This document shows positions 38,960 through 53,577 of a DNA stretch of 64,000 bases, in pieces. Positions within the stretch are counted from its first letter, which is position 1; every line of letters starts with the position of its first letter. Below the pieces are notes generated by a model. That model saw only the letters and a list, made by a program, of their open reading frames with translations. It was not told where the DNA came from and ran no database searches. The stretch covers positions 157,016-221,015 of the forward strand of contig JADCJE010000008.1 of the NCBI GenBank assembly GCA_020247305.1. The letters run 5' to 3'. The DNA comes from Phycisphaerales bacterium. GTDB taxonomy: Bacteria; Planctomycetota; UBA1135; UBA2386. The position numbers and the translations under genes are program-made.

Positions 38960-40651
38960 ATGGCCGCCATGCTGCGCGCCGCCTGCCTGCTCGCCGCCTG
39001 CCTGCTCGCCTTGGTCGCCGCACCGGCGATCGGCCAGTCCGGAGACCCGTCGCCGGGCGCGCGCTTCACGCTGTTGCTGCGCGATCCCGCCGGTGCGCCC
39101 GTCGCCGACGCCGCGGTCGAACTGGTCGTCACCAGCGCTGGTGCCCTGCCGGCGCTTGCGTGGTTCGCGGACCGGGCGCGCGCCGACGCGGCCGAACTGG
39201 CGCCGCTGCAGCCGGCGGCGCGCTTGCTGCTGCGCAGCGATGCGCGCGGCCTCGCGAGCGCGTCCTTGTCCGCCGCGGTCGCCGGCAGCGGCAGCAGCGC
39301 GGCGGGCATGGTGACGACGGCGAGCGGCCTTGGCGCCGTGGTGATCGACCTGCAGGCCGACCGGCCGCAGCGGCTCGCGCTCGCGCCGCTCGCCGCCATC
39401 GCGAGCGCGCGCGGCGACGAACTGCTGCGCGTGCATGCGCGCATCCGCACGCCGTCCGGCGCCGTCGCCCTGACGCTGCCGCCGGGCGCCAACGTCCGCC
39501 TGCCGGCCGGCGACCACGACGCGTGGATCCGCACGCCGCGCGGCTGGCAGTGGCGCCGGCTCGCGCTCGCCGCCGGACAGTCGGTGGTTCTCGCCGACGA
39601 ACCAGCCGTGCGCCGCGTGCGCCGCCCCGGCCCCGGCTGGCAGGTCCTGCCCGCTGGGCGCGCCGACGTGGCGCTGTTCGCCGCCGGCGAAGACGAGCTC
39701 TCGCTGTGCGGCGATGCGGCGACCGCGACGTTCATGGCGTGGCATGCCGCGAGCGGACGGTTGTCGCCGCCGCAGGCGCTGCCCACGGCAGCCGGAGGTG
39801 GCACGTTCGACTGGCCGCTCGCCGAAGACACGGCGAATGCGGTGGCAGTCGCCGGGCTCGGCGCCGCGCAGGGGACCACGACGGCCGACGAGGCGCTGAC
39901 GCTCGTGCAGCGGACGGCCGCCGGTGATTGGCTGCCGCTGGGCATCGCCGTGCGCCGCACGAGCGGAGCAGCCGCGAGCACAGGCTTCCTGCTGCCGTCG
40001 CCGCCGCCGGGCGACTGCTGGTTGGTGCACCTTGGCGCCGGCCTGGCACCGTGCGCCGCCCCCTACCGCGTCCAGGCCGCCCCGGCGGACGCCGCTGGGG
40101 GATCCGATCGCGCACTGGCCGTGCTGGTCCGCGACGCCGCCGGCGCGCCTGTCGCCGACGTCGCCATCGCCTACGAACCGGACGGCATGCCGCCCGCGGC
40201 CGCGCACGGGCGCACCGACGACCGCGGCCGCGCCGGCCTCGGGCTGGTGCGCACGCCTGGCGCGCTGCGCGTCGTCGACGCGCGCTTCGCCAACCAGACG
40301 CTCGCGGTCCCGGCGGCAGCGACTACGGCGATCGAAGTCGTCGTCGACACCGGCGCGCGCCTGCGCGGCATCGCGCGCTGGCCAGACGGCGCGCCAGCGC
40401 GCGGCGCCGTGGTCACGCTGCGCGACCCGCGCGGCCAGCTCGCGCCGCCGACCCGCACGACGACCACCGCAGACGACGGCAGCTTCGCCTTCCCAGGCCT
40501 CGCGGACGGCGGCGCGTACGTCGTCTTCGCCACCGCCCGCCGCGATGGCCGCACGTGGTCGGGGCGCGCCGAGACCATGGCCGGCAGCGACGCGCCGATC
40601 GCCCTGGTGGTGCGCGACGAAGATCCCGAGTTCGCGCCACCGCGGCGCTGA
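38960..40651 (+). CDS. hypothetical secreted protein
   Basis: ATG at codon 10 of ORF 38933..40651, followed by a signal peptide MAAMLRAACLLAACLLALVAAPAIGQ. Segments of the type LLLRDPAGAPVADAAVELV / VLVRDAAGAPVADVAIAY / GAVVTLRDPRG recur. Confidence 0.6.
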   Translation: MAAMLRAACLLAACLLALVAAPAIGQSGDPSPGARFTLLLRDPAGAPVADAAVELVVTSAGALPALAWFADRARADAAELAPLQPAARLLLRSDARGLASASLSAAVAGSGSSAAGMVTTASGLGAVVIDLQADRPQRLALAPLAAIASARGDELLRVHARIRTPSGAVALTLPPGANVRLPAGDHDAWIRTPRGWQWRRLALAAGQSVVLADEPAVRRVRRPGPGWQVLPAGRADVALFAAGEDELSLCGDAATATFMAWHAASGRLSPPQALPTAAGGGTFDWPLAEDTANAVAVAGLGAAQGTTTADEALTLVQRTAAGDWLPLGIAVRRTSGAAASTGFLLPSPPPGDCWLVHLGAGLAPCAAPYRVQAAPADAAGGSDRALAVLVRDAAGAPVADVAIAYEPDGMPPAAAHGRTDDRGRAGLGLVRTPGALRVVDARFANQTLAVPAAATTAIEVVVDTGARLRGIARWPDGAPARGAVVTLRDPRGQLAPPTRTTTTADDGSFAFPGLADGGAYVVFATARRDGRTWSGRAETMAGSDAPIALVVRDEDPEFAPPRR

Positions 40652-40834
40652 CGCCTAGGAATCTGCGCCACGGCAGGCCACGCCGCCCGCCACGCGTCTT
40701 CGCGCCCGGGGACTCGCCGCCCAGCGTTGGCGGATTAGCTGCTCGGCGAATCCAACGATTCGCTTGCGGTCGTCAGCTTCGCCCCGGACGGCAATCCACG
40801 CACCGGATCGGCGCGCGTCCCGTGACGCCGACTC

Positions 40835-41821
40835 CTAGACGCGGGCCTTGGCCGGCAGGCGGCCCTCGCACGCGGCGACGAGCGCTGCCCCAAGTTGCGC
40901 CAGCGGGTACTCGCGCTCGACGGCGCCCAACTGCATGGCCGCGCGCGGCATGCCGTAGATGGCGCAACTCGCCTCGTCCTGGCCGATCGTCGTCCAACCG
41001 GCTTGACGCAGCGCCAGCAGGCCGGAGGCCCCGTCCTGGCCCATGCCGGTCATGATCACGCCGACGCCGCGGCCCGCCAGCGACAGGCAGCTCTCGAACA
41101 GCACGTCGGCCGCAGGCCGGTGGCCGCGGCGCGGCGGCTCGTCGTTCCACACCACGCGGAGCGGAGCGCCGCCGATGACCTTCACGTGGTGGTCGCCGGG
41201 CGCGATGTAGGCGACGCCGCGCGCGAGCGCGAGGCCGTCCTTCGCCAGTTCGACGCGATAACCAGTCTCGCGCGCGAGCCGACCGATCAGGTCCGCGACG
41301 AACGCCGGCGGGATGTGCTGCACGATGACCATCGGCGGCAGGTCGCGGCCGCGCAGCGCCGCGAGGAACTCGCGCAGCGCCACGGGGCCGCCGGTCGAGA
41401 TGCCGACGGCGATCAACTGCGGCGGCGTGCGATCGCCGCGCTCCGCCGGGTTCGCCGCGGGCGCAACCGCGGTCGGCCGCGCCGGCGGCAGGACAGCCCC
41501 GCACGCCTGCCGCAGCGCCTGCGCGCACGCCGTCGACCAGCCGAGCAGGCTGCGCACGTCGCTCGCGTCGGGCCACTCCAACGCGCGAGCGGCAGCGAAG
41601 ACCCCTTCGCGCGGCGGCAGCGCGCCCTTGTCGTGGCAGACGACGAGCGGCGCCGCAACGGCCGCGAGTTCGCCCGCGTACGGCCAGCGCGCGAGCACGG
41701 CGGCCTCGCCCTGTCCCGGCTGCACCGGCTCGAAGCCGGCGGCGCGCAACCACTCTGTCAGCATCGCGGCATCGGCGGCGGCCGCGACGACCGCGATCCG
41801 GGAGCGCACCAGCGTGCTCAT
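40835..41821 (-). CDS. cheB: chemotaxis protein-glutamate methylesterase CheB with divergent receiver domain
   Basis: From internal Met MSTLVRSRIAVV. The catalytic domain is intact: GISTGGP (Ser), VQHIPP (His), GMGQDG (Asp). The ATG overlaps the cheD stop (ATGA). Confidence 0.85.
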   Translation of the reverse strand: MSTLVRSRIAVVAAAADAAMLTEWLRAAGFEPVQPGQGEAAVLARWPYAGELAAVAAPLVVCHDKGALPPREGVFAAARALEWPDASDVRSLLGWSTACAQALRQACGAVLPPARPTAVAPAANPAERGDRTPPQLIAVGISTGGPVALREFLAALRGRDLPPMVIVQHIPPAFVADLIGRLARETGYRVELAKDGLALARGVAYIAPGDHHVKVIGGAPLRVVWNDEPPRRGHRPAADVLFESCLSLAGRGVGVIMTGMGQDGASGLLALRQAGWTTIGQDEASCAIYGMPRAAMQLGAVEREYPLAQLGAALVAACEGRLPAKARV

Positions 41822-42345
41822 GGCGGCGTCAGGTCCTTGAGGATGCGCTGCCACGCGGCGTCGTCGAGCGCGCCGGCCGCGAGCCGTTGCACGCTGATGC
41901 GGCCCTTCGCCGGGTCCACCACCACGACACAGCCACCGTCGGTCGCGCCGCCGACCTGACCACCGAACGCCATGCCGGCGGCCGGCGTCGCCGCCTTGAT
42001 CGCGGCGAGGTTGCGCGCCCCGATCGCCAGCCCGCCACCGACCATGCTGCCGCCGCCGACGACGCGGACGAGCAGTTTGCGCGGATCGGCGCCAGCCTGG
42101 ATCGCGAGGTCGCGCGCGCGCGGCACCGCCCGATCGGCGAAGTAGCCGGGCCCCATGCCATCGCCGACACCGCTCGGCCGCACGACGTGCGCAAGCACCG
42201 CCACCTGACGACCGAGGTCCTGCACCACGAGGCCGACGCAGGAACCGAGCAGCGCGCCGAGCACCTGCCCGGGCCCGCCGACCGCGATGCCGCCGATCGG
42301 CACCTGCACGGCGTCGGCCAAACGAAGGCGGCGACTGCCGCTCAT
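41818..42345 (-). CDS. cheD: chemoreceptor glutamine deamidase CheD
   Basis: Tail of ORF 41818..44127 from MSGSRRLRLADAVQVPIGG. LGSCVGLVV (catalytic Cys) and LAHVVRP are present. ATGA overlaps occur at both ends. Confidence 0.85.
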   Translation of the reverse strand: MSGSRRLRLADAVQVPIGGIAVGGPGQVLGALLGSCVGLVVQDLGRQVAVLAHVVRPSGVGDGMGPGYFADRAVPRARDLAIQAGADPRKLLVRVVGGGSMVGGGLAIGARNLAAIKAATPAAGMAFGGQVGGATDGGCVVVVDPAKGRISVQRLAAGALDDAAWQRILKDLTPP

Positions 42346-44303
42346 CGGCTGCCCGCCGGCGCCAGCGCGTGATGGCGGGCCGCGGCGAACTCCGCGAAGC
42401 CCGTCGGGTCGAGGATCAGCGTGACCTTGCCGTCGCCGCGGATCGCCATGCCGGCGAGGCCGGGCACGCCGGCCAACTCCGCGCACAGCGGCTTGATGAC
42501 GAGGTCCTCCTTGCCGACGAGGCGGTCGACGCCGAGCGCCACCTCGCTGCCGGGGAAGCCGAACACGACCGCATGGGCCGGCGCGTCGCCGCCGGCGCGC
42601 CCCGCGCCAGTCGCCGCGTCGGCGGCGAACCGGTAGGCCTCGGGCAGGCGCACGAGCGGCACCGGCCGCTGGCGCACGAGGATGACCGGCCGCTGCTGCA
42701 CCTGCTGCACCTGCGCGCGCGCCAACTCGACGATCTCGCGCGCCTCCGTGAGCGGCAGTGCGAACATCGTGCCGCGCACCTCCAGCAGCAGGCTGGTGAG
42801 GATCGACATGCTGGGCGGCAGTTGCACGGTGATCGTCGTGCCGACGCCGACTTCGGAACGCAGTTCGAGCGAGCCGCGCAGCTTCTTGATCGCGGCCGCG
42901 ACGATGTCCATGCCCATGCCGCGGCCGGACACCTCGGTGACCTGCTTCGCCGTCGAGAAGCCCGGCGCGAAGATCAGCCGCTGCGCCTCCTGCGGCGCCA
43001 TCACCGCAGCCTCCTCGCGGGTGACGAGGCCGAGGTCGATCGCCTTCGCCAGCACGCGCGCCGGATCGATGCCGGCGCCGTCGTCGCGCACCTCGATGAC
43101 GACGGAACTGCCGCGCTGGAAGCTCCGAACCGCGACGTGACCGCGCTCGCTCTTGCCGGCCTTGCGCCGCTGCTCGGCCGGTTCGAGACCGTGATCGACG
43201 GCGTTGCGCAGCACGTGCACCAGCGGATTGACCAGTTCGTCGGCGACGCGCTTGTCGATCTGCGTCTCCCCGCCCGCGACCTGGAAGTCCACCTGCTTGC
43301 CGACGACCTCCGCCGTGTCGCGCACCGCACGCTGCAGGCGGCGGAAGACCGTGTCGAGCGGCACCATGCGCAGTTGCAACACCGCCTCGTGGATGCCGCC
43401 GACGACGCCGTCGAAGTCGTAGGTGACGTCGTCGACGTCGCGCAGCACGCGGCCGATGCCCGACAGTTCCTCCAGGCCGGCGTGCAGGCGGCGCGCCGTC
43501 TCGTCGAGCCGTTCGAGCAGTTCGCCCGCGCCCGCCGCGGCATGGCCGGCGCGCAGACCGGCAAGGCCGCGGGCCAGTTCGGCCCCGGCGACGCCGAGTT
43601 CGCGCAGCCGCTGCAGCGGCCGGAGTTGGCGCGCGACCAGTTGCACCCGCGAACGGGCGACGACCAGTTCGCCGGTCAGGTTGACGAGGTTGTCGAGGCG
43701 CTCCATGCGCACGCGCACGGTCTCGTTGGCGTCGGCGCCACCGCCGGCCTCGGTCGGCTTGTCGGCAGCCGGCTTGCCCGCGGTCGCGGCGGGCTTCGCC
43801 GCCGCAGCGGGCGCCGGCGCCGCGTCGCCGGCGGGCAGCGGCGGCGGGTCCGCGACCACGGGCGCTGCCGCCGCGGCGGCGAGCGCCGCCGGCAGCGCCG
43901 CGTCCGGCGCCGCCAACTGCCGCTGCAGGTCGTCCAGCACGCCGATGATCGACTTCTGCTCGCCGCCGCCGGCGGCGATCTCCGCCGTCAGGCTGGTGAC
44001 GAGGTCGATCGCGTCGAACATCGTGCGCACGATCGCCGAGGTCGGCGCGAGCTTGCCGTCGCGCACGAGGCTCATCAGCGACTCCAGCTGGTGCGTCACC
44101 TTGTTGGTGCGCTCGAACCCGAAGCATGCCGACAGGCCCTTAAGCGAGTGCGCGCTGCGGAACAGCTCGTTGACCTTGTCGGCCGGCCACGCGCCGTCCT
44201 GGTCGGAGAGCGCGAGCAGGACGCGGTTCAGCTGTTCGAGGTAGTCGTGCGCCTCGCCCAGGTAGTCCGCGATCAGGTCTTCGTTGCCGTTGTTGTCGCC
44301 CAT
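42342..44303 (-). CDS. cheA: chemotaxis histidine kinase CheA
   Basis: HPt RSAHSLKG, Ala/Pro-rich linker, dimerisation segment RVRMERLDNLVNLTGELV, HATPase motifs (HVLRNAVDHG, DDGAGI, GRGMGMD), C-terminal CheW-like domain. Confidence 0.93.
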   Translation of the reverse strand: MGDNNGNEDLIADYLGEAHDYLEQLNRVLLALSDQDGAWPADKVNELFRSAHSLKGLSACFGFERTNKVTHQLESLMSLVRDGKLAPTSAIVRTMFDAIDLVTSLTAEIAAGGGEQKSIIGVLDDLQRQLAAPDAALPAALAAAAAAPVVADPPPLPAGDAAPAPAAAAKPAATAGKPAADKPTEAGGGADANETVRVRMERLDNLVNLTGELVVARSRVQLVARQLRPLQRLRELGVAGAELARGLAGLRAGHAAAGAGELLERLDETARRLHAGLEELSGIGRVLRDVDDVTYDFDGVVGGIHEAVLQLRMVPLDTVFRRLQRAVRDTAEVVGKQVDFQVAGGETQIDKRVADELVNPLVHVLRNAVDHGLEPAEQRRKAGKSERGHVAVRSFQRGSSVVIEVRDDGAGIDPARVLAKAIDLGLVTREEAAVMAPQEAQRLIFAPGFSTAKQVTEVSGRGMGMDIVAAAIKKLRGSLELRSEVGVGTTITVQLPPSMSILTSLLLEVRGTMFALPLTEAREIVELARAQVQQVQQRPVILVRQRPVPLVRLPEAYRFAADAATGAGRAGGDAPAHAVVFGFPGSEVALGVDRLVGKEDLVIKPLCAELAGVPGLAGMAIRGDGKVTLILDPTGFAEFAAARHHALAPAGSR

Positions 44304-44416
44304 GCCAGCACCGACTGCGAACCGCCAACTCCTTAGCCCTCGACGCGTCGGGCGAGGCGCCGCCGCAGCAACGCCCCGCCCGGCGACGCCTGCGGCGCCG
44401 CGTCGTCCGCCCCCGG

Positions 44417-44438
44417 CCCGCGCGGCGCGCCGCGCGGG
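44417..44438. other. perfect 22-nt GC palindrome between mcp and cheA
   Basis: cccgcgcggcgcgccgcgcggg is self-complementary. It starts 10 nt after the MCP stop codon on the transcribed strand. Confidence 0.3.
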
Positions 44439-44447
44439 CGAACCGGC

Positions 44448-46205
44448 TCAGATCTGGAACCGGCGGACCAGTTCCTTCATCGCGATCGCCTGCGCCGACA
44501 GCTCCTCGGCCGACGCCGCCATGTTGGTGGCGTTGCCCGAGTTGTTCTCGGTCAGCTTGGCGACGTTCTGGATCGCGCGGCCGACCTCCTGCGCCGTCGC
44601 CGACTGCTCGTCGGTGGCGCTGGCGATCTGGGAGATCGACTGCGCCGTGCTCTGCACGCCATCGATGATCTGACGCAGGGCGTTGCCCGTCTCCTCGGAG
44701 AGCTTCGTGCCCTCGACGACGCGCTGCGTCGACTCGCGGATCAGGCCGGTGATCTGCTTCGCCGCCTCGCTGCTGCGCTCGGCCAGCTTGCGGACCTCGT
44801 CGGCGACGACCGCGAAGCCCAGGCCGTGCTCGCCGGCGCGAGCGGCCTCGATCGCAGCGTTCAGGGCCAGCAGGTTGGTCTGGCTGGCGATCTCGCTGAT
44901 GACCTGGATGATCTCGCTGATGCGCTCGCTGGAGCGGTTGATCTCCTTCATCGCGGTGATCGACCGGTCGACGGCCTGGCCGCCCGCCGTGGCGCGCTTG
45001 CTCGTCTCGTCGGCGATCGAGTTGGCCTCGCTCGCGTTCTTGGCGATCAGGCGGATGCTCTCGGTCAGCTGGTCGACCGACGCGGTCATCTCCTCGACCG
45101 TCGCGGCGTTGGTCTGCGACGCCTCCGACAGGCTGCTGGAGGCGTTGCTGATCGTGCCGGCGCTGGCGCTGAACTGCTCGGCGCCCTCCTTGATCTGCAC
45201 GATGATGCCGCGCAGGTCCTTGATCATGCGACCGAGGCCCTCGCCCAGCTGGCCGACCGGGTCGGCGCCGGCGACCTCGTGCGTCACGGTCAGGTCGCCC
45301 TTGGCGGCGGCGTCGACGACGCGCAGCAGCACGTCGACCTTGGCGCGCAGGTCGGCCGCGGACTTCGCCTCGGCGGCGGCGCGGTGCTCGATCTCGGCCG
45401 CGAGCTTCTTCTGCTGCGTGACGACCTCCCAGTTGACCACCGCGCCGGCGAACTGGCCATCGGCGGTCCACAGCCCGGAGGCCGACAGCGAGATCGTCTC
45501 CGCGCCGAGCTGGAACTCGGCCGTGTGGTTGCGGCCGCGCAGCGCCGACAGCAGGTTGCGCTGGTGCGCCGGGTTCTTGTGGAACCGGTCGATGTTGATG
45601 CCCAACACGTCCTCGGCCCGGACGCCGAACTTCTCGACGAGCACCGGCTCCAGCGTGCGCAGGGTCTGCGCGGACTTCTTGTTGCCGTAGACGACCTTGA
45701 AGTCGGCGTCGCACACGAGCACGTTCGTCGCGATCGCGTCCATCGCGTCGATCGCGCGCTTGGCGCCGGCGGCGGCCGTGCGGCGGGCGGTGATGTCGGT
45801 GGCGAACTTGACCACCTTGGACAGCCGGCCGGCGTCGTCCTTCAGGGGGAAGTAGGTCGCCTCGATCCAGATCTCCTTGCCGCCCTTGCCGAATCGCTGG
45901 AACTCGCCGCGCTGGGGAAGGCCCAGATTGAGGTTGGCCCAGAGTTCGCGGTACTCGGCGCTGCGGGCGTGCTCCGGCGACACGAACATGCTGTGGTGAC
46001 GCCCCTTGATCTCGTCGATCGTGTAGCCGACCGCGCGCTGGAAGTTCTCGTTCGCGGTGACGATCGTGCCGTCGAGCTGGAACTCGATCATCGCCATCTG
46101 CTGGCCGACGGCCGCGACGAGCTTGGCGCTCTCGCCGCCGTTCGCCGTCCGATTGCCGCCGTTGCCGCCGCGCGCGGCGGCCTTCTTCGTCGTCGTGGTG
46201 GTCAT
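44448..46205 (-). CDS. soluble methyl-accepting chemotaxis protein with two N-terminal PAS domains
   Basis: No hydrophobic TM segment is present. PAS-like [39 protein letters not shown] is followed by a second PAS-like block and a HAMP-like segment. The conserved hairpin tip is [41 protein letters not shown]. Confidence 0.93.
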   Translation of the reverse strand: MTTTTTKKAAARGGNGGNRTANGGESAKLVAAVGQQMAMIEFQLDGTIVTANENFQRAVGYTIDEIKGRHHSMFVSPEHARSAEYRELWANLNLGLPQRGEFQRFGKGGKEIWIEATYFPLKDDAGRLSKVVKFATDITARRTAAAGAKRAIDAMDAIATNVLVCDADFKVVYGNKKSAQTLRTLEPVLVEKFGVRAEDVLGINIDRFHKNPAHQRNLLSALRGRNHTAEFQLGAETISLSASGLWTADGQFAGAVVNWEVVTQQKKLAAEIEHRAAAEAKSAADLRAKVDVLLRVVDAAAKGDLTVTHEVAGADPVGQLGEGLGRMIKDLRGIIVQIKEGAEQFSASAGTISNASSSLSEASQTNAATVEEMTASVDQLTESIRLIAKNASEANSIADETSKRATAGGQAVDRSITAMKEINRSSERISEIIQVISEIASQTNLLALNAAIEAARAGEHGLGFAVVADEVRKLAERSSEAAKQITGLIRESTQRVVEGTKLSEETGNALRQIIDGVQSTAQSISQIASATDEQSATAQEVGRAIQNVAKLTENNSGNATNMAASAEELSAQAIAMKELVRRFQI

Positions 46206-46783
46206 TGTGATTGTCCTTGCTTGCCGTTGCCCTGGGTGGATGCCTTCGCCCCGTCACCGTGGTCGCCCTCGACCAGCAGCCGCGACATGTCGAGCAGGAT
46301 CAGCAGGCGCTCCTTGCGCCGCGCCAATCCCGTCACGTAGTCCTTGCCCGCGCGCAGCAGCGAGGGCGGCGCCGGCGAGATGTCCTCGTGCGAGAGCCGC
46401 AGCACCTCGCTGACGCCGTCCACGACGACGCCGACGGTGCGGCCCTGCAGGTCCATCACCACGATGCGCGTGGCGTCGTTCGCCGGCTGGTCGGGCATGC
46501 CGAAGCGCCGGCGCAGGTTGAGGATCGGGATGACGTTGCCGCGCAGGTTGATCACGCCGAGCACGTGCTCGGGGACCTCGGGCACCTGCGTGATGCAGCC
46601 GTACAGGATGATCTCCTGCACGGTCATGATGTCGACGCCGTACTCCTCGTCGGCCAGTCGGAAGCTCACGACCTGGAAGGTCCGGCCGTCCTGATGGCGC
46701 AGGCCGCCGGTGACCGGCGCCGGGGCCGGCTTCTCCGGCGCCGCGGCCTTGCTGGGCGCCTTCGGCGCATCGATCGTCGTCAT
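46202..46783 (-). CDS. cheW: chemotaxis coupling protein CheW
   Basis: From internal Met MTTIDAPK of ORF 46202..46837. Motifs: [38 protein letters not shown]. The stop overlaps the MCP ATG. Confidence 0.9.
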   Translation of the reverse strand: MTTIDAPKAPSKAAAPEKPAPAPVTGGLRHQDGRTFQVVSFRLADEEYGVDIMTVQEIILYGCITQVPEVPEHVLGVINLRGNVIPILNLRRRFGMPDQPANDATRIVVMDLQGRTVGVVVDGVSEVLRLSHEDISPAPPSLLRAGKDYVTGLARRKERLLILLDMSRLLVEGDHGDGAKASTQGNGKQGQSQ

Positions 46784-47064
46784 CGCGTCCTGTCCTCGCT
46801 TGCGGTGATGGGTTCGCCGACGTGCGTCGGCTCCCATGTGTCGACGCGCAGGCGACGAGGACTGGTCAGGACGTTCCCCTACGATGCTTCGGAGACGCCG
46901 ATCCGAACGGCGGCGTAGGCGACGAGTTGCCGCAGCGTCAATCCACGGACCGCGTGCGCCCAGCCATGGCGGTCGCGGCGCGTGGCCGCGAGCCCGTCGC
47001 GGCGCCGGTCAACCGGCGCGCGCGGCAGCGCCCGACTGCGCCCTGACGCGGCCGTCGCAGCGAC

Positions 47065-52095
<5,031 letters not shown>

Positions 52096-52133
52096 GGCGT
52101 TGGCTCGCGAGCGGACGATGGTAGTCTCGCGCC

Positions 52134-53552
52134 ATGGAACGCTCCACGGCGATCCTCGCGGCCCTGATCGTCTACCTCGTCGCGCTGCTCGCGCTCGGCT
52201 TCGTCGCCCAGCGCCGCACGCGCGACGCCGCCGGCTTCTACCTGGGCGGCCGCACGCTCGGTCCGTGGGTCGCGGCCCTGGCCGCCAACGCCAGTTCGTC
52301 GTCGGCGTGGAGCCTCGTCGGCACCAGCGGCTTCGCCTACAAGAACGGCCTCGCGGCGCTGTGGCTGATCCCGGGCTGCGTCGGCGGCTTCGTGCTGAAC
52401 TGGTGGTTCGTGGCCCCGCGCCTGCGGTCGCAGACCGGGGCGGCGATCACGCTGACCGACTTCCTCGCCGGTCCGGACGGCGCGCCGGGCCGCCGGCCGC
52501 TCGCGCTGTTCGCCTCGCTGCTCACCGTCGCATCGCTCGCCACGTACGTCGCCGCGCAGATGCAGGCGGCCGGCGGCGCGTTCCGCCATGCCTTCGATGC
52601 CGACCTCTCGCTCGGCATCGTGATCGGCGCCGGCGTGACGATCGCCTACACCCTGCTCGGCGGTTACCTCGCCGCCAGCATCACCGACACGCTGCAAGGC
52701 CTGCTGATGGTCGCCGTCGCCGTGCTCGTGCCGGCCGTCGCCGTCGCCAATCTGGGCGGCGTCGACGCCACCCTCGCCGCGGTCGCCGCCGTCGACGCGC
52801 CGGGCTTCCACGACCTCGCGGGCGGCCGCGCCGGCGCCGCCGGCCTCGCGTTCGCGTTCGGCCTCGTCGGCATCGGGCTCGGCTACCCAGGCCAACCGCA
52901 CGCGGTGAACAAGTTCATGGGCATGGACCCGAACGCCTCGATGACGGTCGCGCGCGCGGTCGGCATCGGCTGGGCGGTGCTGCTCTACGGCGGCATGCTC
53001 GTGCTCGGTTGGACATGGCGCGCCACCGCGACGCTGCCGGCCGGCCAACACGAGGACGTGCTGTACGCGGCGAGCGCGCAGTTGTTCCCGCCGCTGGTCG
53101 ACGGCGTGATCCTGGCGTCGGTGCTGGCGGCGATCATGTCGACCGTCGACAGCCAGTTGCTGGTGTGCGCCAGCAGCGCGACGCACGACCTCGGCCTGCG
53201 GCCGCGCACCGAGCGCGGCATGCTGCGGCTGGCGCGCGGCGCCGTGCTCGCCGTCGGCGTCGCGGCGACCGGCACGGCGCTCTGCCTGCCGGCCGACGTG
53301 TTCGACAACGTCATGTTTGCCTGGGCGGCGCTGGGCTCGGGCTTCGGCCCGCTGCTGCTCGTCCGTCTCGCGGTGGGACCCGTCGCTCCCGGCCACGCCC
53401 TGGCCGCGATGCTGGTCGGCGGACTCGGTGCGATTGGTCTCTACTACGCGCCGCTCGTCCAGGGCGGCTTCGACGAGCGCGTGCTGGCATGGCTGGCGGC
53501 CGGGGCGATCGCGTGGCGCGGGGCCCGGCGTGCCGCCGGCGTGTTAGGCTGA
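52134..53552 (+). CDS. sodium:solute symporter family (SSS) transporter, PutP/PanF-like
   Basis: 472 aa, about 13 TM. N-terminal FYLGGRTLGPWVAALAANASSSSAWSLVG is typical of the SSS family. Confidence 0.9.
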   Translation: MERSTAILAALIVYLVALLALGFVAQRRTRDAAGFYLGGRTLGPWVAALAANASSSSAWSLVGTSGFAYKNGLAALWLIPGCVGGFVLNWWFVAPRLRSQTGAAITLTDFLAGPDGAPGRRPLALFASLLTVASLATYVAAQMQAAGGAFRHAFDADLSLGIVIGAGVTIAYTLLGGYLAASITDTLQGLLMVAVAVLVPAVAVANLGGVDATLAAVAAVDAPGFHDLAGGRAGAAGLAFAFGLVGIGLGYPGQPHAVNKFMGMDPNASMTVARAVGIGWAVLLYGGMLVLGWTWRATATLPAGQHEDVLYAASAQLFPPLVDGVILASVLAAIMSTVDSQLLVCASSATHDLGLRPRTERGMLRLARGAVLAVGVAATGTALCLPADVFDNVMFAWAALGSGFGPLLLVRLAVGPVAPGHALAAMLVGGLGAIGLYYAPLVQGGFDERVLAWLAAGAIAWRGARRAAGVLG

Positions 53553-53577
53553 TGCACGTCGCCTCGGGGAGGCAGCC

